A stretch of DNA of 63,921 nt, taken from IMG/VR virus record IMGVR_UViG_3300045806_000080, positions 1-63,921 of that record. One strand, 5' to 3'. This DNA is from a virus (taxonomy: Duplodnaviria > Caudoviricetes). The notes under the pieces were generated by a model. The model ran no database searches. It was given only the letters and a program-made list of their open reading frames with translations, and was not told the DNA's origin. Positions within the stretch are counted from its first letter, which is position 1, and the number at the start of each line of letters is the position of its first letter. A program made the position numbers and the translations under genes. This document shows, in pieces, positions 57,622-63,921 of this stretch.

Positions 57622-58503
57622 ATGTCCGTAACTCAGTCCTGCATGCTCGTCAACCTGCGCATCGGCGCATGGGCCGGTCGCCGGCTCGATCGCTCGATCA
57701 GCGAGGAGATCACCGAGCAGAAGAACGCCACCGGGGACGCTCTCCGGGTCAACAAGCACCTCGTGCCCAAGGAGACGCTGGCGGCGGTCGTGAGCGCGTC
57801 CAACGCGCTGCGTGGCCACTTCTACGAGGCCACCCTGCCCTGGGCCGACCAGGGCGCGAGGGTCATCACCCGCGTCGGCTACCGCCCCTTCCTGGAGAAG
57901 CATGAGAAGCTCATGCGCAACTTCCAGGACGCGGCCACCCACCTCGTGGAGGTCGACTACCCGGCGGCGCGGGCGCAGGCCGAGTTCCGTATGGGCGACG
58001 CCTTCAACGAGGAGGACTACCCGGCCCCGTGGGAGCTGCGGGAGAAGTTCTACGTCAAGCTCGACATCGACCCGATCCCGGAGGGCAAGGACTTCCGCGT
58101 CGACATCTCGAAGGAGGACGCGGCGGCGGTCAAGCAGCAGATCGAGGAACGGCTGCGTGGCCGTGTGCAGGCCGCGGCGAAGGACGTCTGGGGCCGGCTG
58201 CGCCTCGTCATCGAGCACTATGCCAAGACGATGGCGAACACCGACATCAAGTTCAAGGACGCCACCGTCAGGAACCTCCACGACCTGGTGGAAGCCCTGC
58301 CAGCTCTGAACATCCTTGAGGACCCTGCCCTCGACGCGTTCGCCAAGGACGCGCGCCAGTCGCTCGACTGGTCGGCGAAGGAGATCAGGGACAACCCCGA
58401 GACCCGCAAGGCTGCGGCGGCCGAGGCAGAGGCCGTGCTCGATCGCATGAGCGGCTTCATGAACGCCTTCAGCGGCATGCAGCAGCTCAAGGAGGCGGCG
58501 TGA
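57622..58503 (+). CDS. DUF3150-like helical protein
   Basis: LV.L.I..W...R.D...TLPW...G...F...DYP...LP.LN; accompanies the AAA/VWA pair. Confidence 0.65.
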   Translation: MSVTQSCMLVNLRIGAWAGRRLDRSISEEITEQKNATGDALRVNKHLVPKETLAAVVSASNALRGHFYEATLPWADQGARVITRVGYRPFLEKHEKLMRNFQDAATHLVEVDYPAARAQAEFRMGDAFNEEDYPAPWELREKFYVKLDIDPIPEGKDFRVDISKEDAAAVKQQIEERLRGRVQAAAKDVWGRLRLVIEHYAKTMANTDIKFKDATVRNLHDLVEALPALNILEDPALDAFAKDARQSLDWSAKEIRDNPETRKAAAAEAEAVLDRMSGFMNAFSGMQQLKEAA

Positions 58504-58988
58504 TCACGCGACGCGAGATAGCCACGCTCGGAGGGGTCTTCTGGTCCCCTCACAGGAACGCCTGGTTCTACGACATCGCCACCGCGACCGACAACGACCT
58601 GGGCTGCGCCTTGGCGCAGTTCGACCACACGGTGAACCACATGGGAAAGCGAGTATGGGACCGCGCTCCGGTCCCGCCCCTCTACGCACTCGACAGGCCG
58701 GTGCTGCCGAAGGCTGGTAAGGCCCCGCCCTGCCGTCTTGTCAGGCTCAACAAGCGGATCACCCGACCGGATCGGCCGAGCGACCTCTACTTCGACGCTA
58801 ACGTCCTGACGTGGCGCGGCGAGTGGCTGGTCAGGCCGACCGGCGTCGTGACTGGGCCGAGCCGGATCGCCGCCATCTGGGCCGACCTGCCTATGTACCC
58901 TGAGTGGAAGGAAGTGCGGCAGCGCATCCGTCTCGCCGCCCAGCTCGGGACCTACATCACGGCGGAGCTGCCGGAGGGGTACCGATGA
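58500..58988 (+). CDS. Hypothetical protein
   Basis: Coupled ORF. Confidence 0.55.
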   Translation: MITRREIATLGGVFWSPHRNAWFYDIATATDNDLGCALAQFDHTVNHMGKRVWDRAPVPPLYALDRPVLPKAGKAPPCRLVRLNKRITRPDRPSDLYFDANVLTWRGEWLVRPTGVVTGPSRIAAIWADLPMYPEWKEVRQRIRLAAQLGTYITAELPEGYR

Positions 58989-59404
58989 GGTGGACCACCG
59001 AGAAGAAGAAGCTGTGGATCAAGACCTACCTCGCCACGGGTGGGCAGGTTTACGTCCACCGCATCCGCAAGGGGCTGACCAACGTCACGTTCGGCATCAC
59101 GAAGACGGGCATGATGCCTCTCTACGAGATCACCTTCGGCGTCCTCCACGCCAACAAGCGCGGGGACATCGTGGCGAGCCGCCGGGCCAAGAACAGGTGG
59201 GGCCAGCTGGTCTCCTACCCAGGCTCGTTCTACTCGGTGGTGAAGGCCGTCCAGTTGGCGGCCAGGATCACTGACACATCCGAAACCACATCACCGGGGG
59301 CGTCGTTCCCGGTGCGCCCCTCGATCAGCCTCCAGACCCGAGGCATCCTGCCGCCCCATGTCATCGACGTCCTGTTCGCCCGCTTGAGAGAGCGGCTGGT
59401 TTGA
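58985..59404 (+). CDS. Hypothetical protein
   Basis: Coupled ORF, GGAGG RBS. Confidence 0.55.
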   Translation: MRWTTEKKKLWIKTYLATGGQVYVHRIRKGLTNVTFGITKTGMMPLYEITFGVLHANKRGDIVASRRAKNRWGQLVSYPGSFYSVVKAVQLAARITDTSETTSPGASFPVRPSISLQTRGILPPHVIDVLFARLRERLV

Positions 59405-59441
59405 GCTACATGTCAGGGTTACACTGACATGGGGGCCAGCC

Positions 59442-59651
59442 GTGAAAGACGCCAGCACCTACGCCCAGCGGTATCTCAAGGGGCCGCCCAGCGTCCGCAG
59501 GCTCACTGACATCATCCGCGACGCCCAGACTGACGCACTCCAGGTGGGTGCGACAATCGGTCAGTCCAAGCTACTCAAAATGGCTCTTGAAGCTAACAGA
59601 CGTATCGAACGACTGTTGCCGGTAAGCCGTGACGGTAACACTGAAAACTAG
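59442..59651 (+). CDS. Hypothetical protein
   Basis: ORF after inverted TGTCAG/CTGACA site. Confidence 0.4.
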   Translation: MKDASTYAQRYLKGPPSVRRLTDIIRDAQTDALQVGATIGQSKLLKMALEANRRIERLLPVSRDGNTEN

Positions 59652-59677
59652 CTGCACGGCCTGAAGGATCAGCCACA

Positions 59678-60466
59678 ATGGCAAGCGCACGGGACATCGC
59701 CGTCAAGCGCGGCGAGACGGTGAATTATTACAGGCCGGATCAATTCGTTATCCGCCCCGACCTGAACGCCCGCGACATGAGCACGCCCGACAACGTCGAG
59801 CATGTCGAGTGGCTCGCCAACGAGATGAAGTCCAAGGGCTTCACCACCATCCTCCGCTGCATGATGTGGGAGGGACAGCTCGTCCTAACCGAAGGGCATT
59901 GCAGGACCACAGCCGTCAAGCTCTGCGTCGAGCGCGGGTGGCTGCCGGCCGACACGCTGGTGCCGGCGCTGACCGAGCCCAAGGGCACGAGCCTGCTCGA
60001 TCTCTACGCCCGGCAGATGAGCGGCAACGGCACCTCCAAGGGCCTCAACGCCGAGGAGGCCGTCGCCAACGTCAAGCGCATCATGTCGGTTGGCAAGTCC
60101 GTCGCCGAGGCCGCGGCGCTGGTTGGCAAGAGCGTGAGCTGGATCAACCAGCTCCTGGAGTTCCAGGGCGCTCCGACCGAGGTCCACAAGATGGTCGCGC
60201 AGGGCCAGGTCAGCCTCAAGACCGCGTCCGAGACGATCAAGAAGAAGGGCTCGACCGAGGGCGTCTCCGCGCTCTACAGCGCCTTGGAGAAGGCCAAGGC
60301 CGAGGGCCGCAAGAAGGTCACCGCGACCGACGTCGAGGCCAAGCCCAAGAAGCTCCGCAGCGACCTGATCGAGACCATGATCTCGTTCGTCCGCGAGGCG
60401 GCCCAGAAGGGCAACAAGGACGCCGAGCGCCTGCTCATCAGGATCGACGAGGCGCGCGGGGAGTGA
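59678..60466 (+). CDS. ParB/Srx-like N-terminal domain + HTH protein
   Basis: LNAR...LA......G...EGHCR..A; HTH AEAAALVGKSVSWINQLL. Confidence 0.8.
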   Translation: MASARDIAVKRGETVNYYRPDQFVIRPDLNARDMSTPDNVEHVEWLANEMKSKGFTTILRCMMWEGQLVLTEGHCRTTAVKLCVERGWLPADTLVPALTEPKGTSLLDLYARQMSGNGTSKGLNAEEAVANVKRIMSVGKSVAEAAALVGKSVSWINQLLEFQGAPTEVHKMVAQGQVSLKTASETIKKKGSTEGVSALYSALEKAKAEGRKKVTATDVEAKPKKLRSDLIETMISFVREAAQKGNKDAERLLIRIDEARGE

Positions 60467-60607
60467 CGGCGATGCGCGCCGGCACCCTCAACTCGATGCG
60501 CGTCACGAAGTTGACCTGGTACGCCAACGGCGGGTTCAAGAACTCGCTGTGCTGGAGACGCCAGGTCCGCGGCTCGTGGCAATACTACCTCTCCTGGAGC
60601 TGACGCC

Positions 60608-62659
60608 ATGTGGACGTGGTCTGATCAGCACGTATGTGCTTTCGACTTTGAAACTTCCGGGACCAAACCGGAATTTGCCCTACAACCTTGGAGGCGCGAG
60701 CAAGAGGACTTCTGGGCGACGTCGCTCGCATGGGTGTGGCCCGAGGGCCGACAGCTTCAAGTTGGGGGCGGCCTCGCCCCCGACGTCCGCACGATGCGGT
60801 ATCTGCTGGACTGGGCCTACGACACCGAGCGTCGGCTATGCGGCTGGAACGTCCCCTTCGACCTCTCGGTCATGCTGGCCTACGGGCTGGAGAAAGAGGT
60901 CTTCCGGCTGAAGTATCTCGACGGGCTCCTGCTCTGGAAGCACCTGGAGGTGGAGCCCGAATACGACGAGCGACCGGGCCAGAAGCGCCCGTTCGGGCTC
61001 AAGGAGTTTGTCCGGCAGTTCTTCCCAGAGCACGCCGACTACGAAGCGGAGATTGACTTCCATGACCCAGACCCAGCCGTGCGAGCCAAGCTCCACGAAT
61101 ACAACATCAAGGACGATGCCTTTACCCTGCGTGCGTGTAAGCGCCTGTGGGCCGCCCTCACTCCTCGACAGCAATCTGCCGCCCTGTTCGAGGCAGACTG
61201 TCTGCCCATGGTCGCGGATGCGAACCTCACGGGCCTCCTGGTCGACACGTTCGCATCCCACGACATCAGCCTTCGCCTGACGGCACAGGCCGCTGAGAAG
61301 CTCGCGTCGCTCGCGCCGCACATCCTGCCGCTCCTGCCGCCGCAGACAGGGCGGCGCATCCTCACGGACCAGCAGCGGGTGGAGGAGGTGATCCGCTCGC
61401 CGCAGCAGCTCGCGGTTCTTCTGTACGGGAACAAAGGGCCAACTGACCCGGTGATCCGCCCGAGCTGGGGCGTGACCCCGCTCAAGAAGTCCGACGCCGG
61501 CAACTGGTCGACCGACAAGGAGACCCTCCACGAGCTGAGCTTCCTCGATCCCCGCGCCAAGGAGCTGCGGAGCTACCGTGAGGCGTTGAACCAGCGCACC
61601 AAGTTCGCCGATGGCATCATAGCGTCGGTGGACTACTCCGACGACTGCGGCCACACGCACCCGATGGCGCGGGTGTTCGGCACCTACTCCGGGCGCTTCA
61701 CCTACTCGTCGAAGCAGACTAGCAAGGTCGACCGTCTGAAGACGTTCAAGACCAAGCCGCCGCGCGTCGAGCGCGTCAAGGTCGAGCTGCCAATCGGGTT
61801 TGCCACCCACCAGATGAAGCGCGGCGCGGAGTTCCGCGACCAGATCATCGCGCCGCAGGGCTGCACGATCGTCGAGTTCGATGCCGCCGGCCAGGAGTAC
61901 CGCTGGATGGCGATCGCATCTGGCGACCCGACGATGCTGGCGCTGTGCGAGCCAGGCGAGGACGCCCACAGCTTCATGGGTGCCCGTGTCGAGCATGGGT
62001 TCGAGTACCGGGAGCTGATCCGCCTGAACCACGAGCTGGACGACTGGCCAGCCGACCAGATCACGCCTCGGCATAAGCAGGCCAAGCAGGTGCGGTACGC
62101 GGGCAAGGTGTCGAACCTGAGCCTCCAGTACCGCACCAGCGCCAAGCGGCTGATGATCACGGCGCGCGTGGACTACGGCATCGACATGACCATGCCGCAG
62201 GCGGAGCGGAACCACGGCGTCTACCAGCGGACCTATACGCAGGTGCCTGTCTACTGGAAGCGCCAGATCGAGCTGGTTATGCAGACTGGCTACGTCGAGA
62301 CCTTTGCAGGACGCCGCGTCCAGGTGCGCGGCGACTGGAATGGGCCTCTCAAGTGGTCGATGGGGTCGACCGCCATCAACTACAGAATACAAGGCACTGG
62401 AGGAGACCAGAAATACTTGGCGTTGTCAGTGACAAAGGACTATTGCACTGACATGGGTGCCCGGTTCATGCTAGACCTCCACGACGGCCTCTACTGGGTC
62501 GTCAGGGACGACCGGGTCCACGAGTTCTGCGCCACCATGAAGCCGATGCTCGACAACCTGCCCTACGCCGAGGCGTGGGGCTTCAGCCCCCCGATCCCGC
62601 TCACCTTCGACTGCAAGGCCGGGAAAACTTGGGGCTCGCTTAAAGGAGTTCACCTATGA
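60608..62659 (+). CDS. polA: Family A DNA polymerase with 3'-5' exonuclease
   Basis: DFET, NVPFD, YNIKDD exo motifs; DAAGQEYR (motif A), R..GKVSNLSLQY (B), LHDG (C). Confidence 0.93.
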   Translation: MWTWSDQHVCAFDFETSGTKPEFALQPWRREQEDFWATSLAWVWPEGRQLQVGGGLAPDVRTMRYLLDWAYDTERRLCGWNVPFDLSVMLAYGLEKEVFRLKYLDGLLLWKHLEVEPEYDERPGQKRPFGLKEFVRQFFPEHADYEAEIDFHDPDPAVRAKLHEYNIKDDAFTLRACKRLWAALTPRQQSAALFEADCLPMVADANLTGLLVDTFASHDISLRLTAQAAEKLASLAPHILPLLPPQTGRRILTDQQRVEEVIRSPQQLAVLLYGNKGPTDPVIRPSWGVTPLKKSDAGNWSTDKETLHELSFLDPRAKELRSYREALNQRTKFADGIIASVDYSDDCGHTHPMARVFGTYSGRFTYSSKQTSKVDRLKTFKTKPPRVERVKVELPIGFATHQMKRGAEFRDQIIAPQGCTIVEFDAAGQEYRWMAIASGDPTMLALCEPGEDAHSFMGARVEHGFEYRELIRLNHELDDWPADQITPRHKQAKQVRYAGKVSNLSLQYRTSAKRLMITARVDYGIDMTMPQAERNHGVYQRTYTQVPVYWKRQIELVMQTGYVETFAGRRVQVRGDWNGPLKWSMGSTAINYRIQGTGGDQKYLALSVTKDYCTDMGARFMLDLHDGLYWVVRDDRVHEFCATMKPMLDNLPYAEAWGFSPPIPLTFDCKAGKTWGSLKGVHL

Positions 62660-62856
62660 CCGAAGCGGTGATGATCCACCTGCGGTGTACACGGACAGGC
62701 CGCCTCTACAGGGTAGTGTCCGTTGACGAAGTGGCGAAGACGGTTACACTGAAGGGCAAATCCGGCACCTTCCCGGAGAAGTGGGACCCGAAGGCGTTCA
62801 AGGCCATGGGCTACGAACGCGTCATCGGCCCGGTGGAAGGCGCGATCGAACTCTAG
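62656..62856 (+). CDS. Hypothetical protein
   Basis: AAGGAG RBS; coupled to polA. Confidence 0.65.
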   Translation: MTEAVMIHLRCTRTGRLYRVVSVDEVAKTVTLKGKSGTFPEKWDPKAFKAMGYERVIGPVEGAIEL

Positions 62857-62865
62857 GAGGCTCCC

Positions 62866-63162
62866 GTGCCCAGCTCCCCCGGCTACGTCCGTGACTACGC
62901 GCAAGAGAGCGCGACGGCCAAGGCGCGGGGGGAGAAGGGCACCGGCGCATCAGGTGAGGACGCCGAAAGGCACCGCGCGCGGCGCAAGGCTCTAAAGCTC
63001 GGCATGGTGAAGAAGGGCGAAGACCTGGACCACAAGACCCCGTTGTCTCAGGGCGGGTCGAATACCGAGGGAAACTGGCGCGCACGCTCCCCGCATGCGA
63101 ACCGTAGCTTCCCCCGCAACTCTGACGGCTCAATGAAGCCGGGCGGGAACAACAAAAAATGA
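62866..63162 (+). CDS. Small HNH endonuclease
   Basis: DLDHKTPLSQGGSN...N......NR. Confidence 0.8.
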   Translation: MPSSPGYVRDYAQESATAKARGEKGTGASGEDAERHRARRKALKLGMVKKGEDLDHKTPLSQGGSNTEGNWRARSPHANRSFPRNSDGSMKPGGNNKK

Positions 63163-63410
63163 GAACAGGATCAGAGGACAGCGTATCCACAGAAATGCGC
63201 CTCGCGCAGGGGTTCGGAAACGTCGTCAGGAGCGAGTGTCCGGGGGAAGTCCCGCTGCCCGAGTTCCTGAGAGCCTGCGCCACGTTCTTCGGCAGTTACC
63301 TCGTGCAGCTCCCGCCGAACCAGCGCGCGATCTCACTAGCCGAAATGACAGACGAGATGTTCCGCGTACTGCACGAGAACTGCGACGCGGACCTGGAGTT
63401 CTTCCAGTAG
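63159..63410 (+). CDS. Hypothetical protein
   Basis: Coupled ORF. Confidence 0.5.
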   Translation: MRTGSEDSVSTEMRLAQGFGNVVRSECPGEVPLPEFLRACATFFGSYLVQLPPNQRAISLAEMTDEMFRVLHENCDADLEFFQ

Positions 63411-63423
63411 AGGATCAGCCACC

Positions 63424-63708
63424 ATGAACGTAGCCGAAGCTCGTGCGGCGCTAGACCCGCACGTCGACCACGCCAACGCGCTCGCAGAATGGTTTCAGCA
63501 GCGGGGGCTCACGACCTACGACGGGATCAGCGTCTTCATGACCGCGATCTGCACCGCGATGATCCCGGCCGGGCTGCCGTTCGACGTGCTGTGCGAGGCG
63601 GTCGGAAACGAGTTGGGCATCGCCTACATGGCGCTGACCACCCCCGGCCTTGAGCTGGAGCTGGAGACGGTCGACATCCCGCCAACCGAGACGAGGACAC
63701 TGCAATGA
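63424..63708 (+). CDS. Hypothetical protein
   Basis: AGGATCAG leader. Confidence 0.6.
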   Translation: MNVAEARAALDPHVDHANALAEWFQQRGLTTYDGISVFMTAICTAMIPAGLPFDVLCEAVGNELGIAYMALTTPGLELELETVDIPPTETRTLQ

Positions 63709-63921
63709 AACACGTCATGCTCGACCTCGAAACCTTCGGCACCAAGCCCGGCTCCGTCATCATCTCGATCGGCGCGTGCGCCTTCGACGCGCACGGCGAC
63801 ACCATCGACAAGACCTGCCACTTGGCGATCGACGCCGCGGACAGCCAGCGCCACGGTCTGCGCATCGACGCCGGCACCGTGCTGTGGTGGATGGCCCCCG
63901 AACGCGACGAGGCGCGCAGGC
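63705..63921 (+). CDS. DEDDh exonuclease, N-terminal part (runs off window)
   Basis: MKHVMLDLETFG...IISIGAC.FD...TVLWW. Confidence 0.88.
   Translation, partial: MKHVMLDLETFGTKPGSVIISIGACAFDAHGDTIDKTCHLAIDAADSQRHGLRIDAGTVLWWMAPERDEARR

Noticed and set aside
59678-60466. Plasmid-prophage partition system
   Set aside because: No ParA or parS array seen; the phage has int/attP

Overview
The window is an almost complete ~64 kb, GC-rich temperate phage genome, circularly permuted: one DEDDh exonuclease gene is split across the two ends. Gene content suggests a podovirus-like virion (N4-gp56-type capsid, portal, giant PLxRFG-like ejection protein, no long tape measure). The host is probably alphaproteobacterial, inferred from the tRNA-Val attP core, a PEPxxWA-CTERM protein and an NrdJ-like tail. 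Layout: replication genes on + (59.7 kb, across the junction, to 10.2 kb); virion, lysis and packaging genes on - (44.2 to 10.25 kb), interrupted by an oppositely oriented tail module (16.6-20.3 kb) and by xis-int-attP (25.1-26.7 kb); a mostly non-coding control/origin/terminus region (44.2-46.4 kb); and small early genes on + (45-59.6 kb). The most striking signals are three genome-wide DNA motifs. (1) A 16-bp palindrome GATTAACnnGTTAATC occurs 11 times, mostly at early-gene boundaries. (2) A start-associated octamer AGGATCAG precedes at least 10 genes. (3) A TGTCAGTG(T/C)A motif forms an extended -35 box of several predicted late promoters. No CI-type repressor is recognisable. Notable cargo: a PEP-CTERM-type surface protein, a stand-alone NrdJ C-terminal Zn-ribbon/redox tail, an Acb2/Tad1-like candidate sponge, a degenerate SLOG protein, and an AAA+/VWA-metallopeptidase/DUF3150-like trio. 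All protein family calls are from motif recognition by eye, not from database searches.
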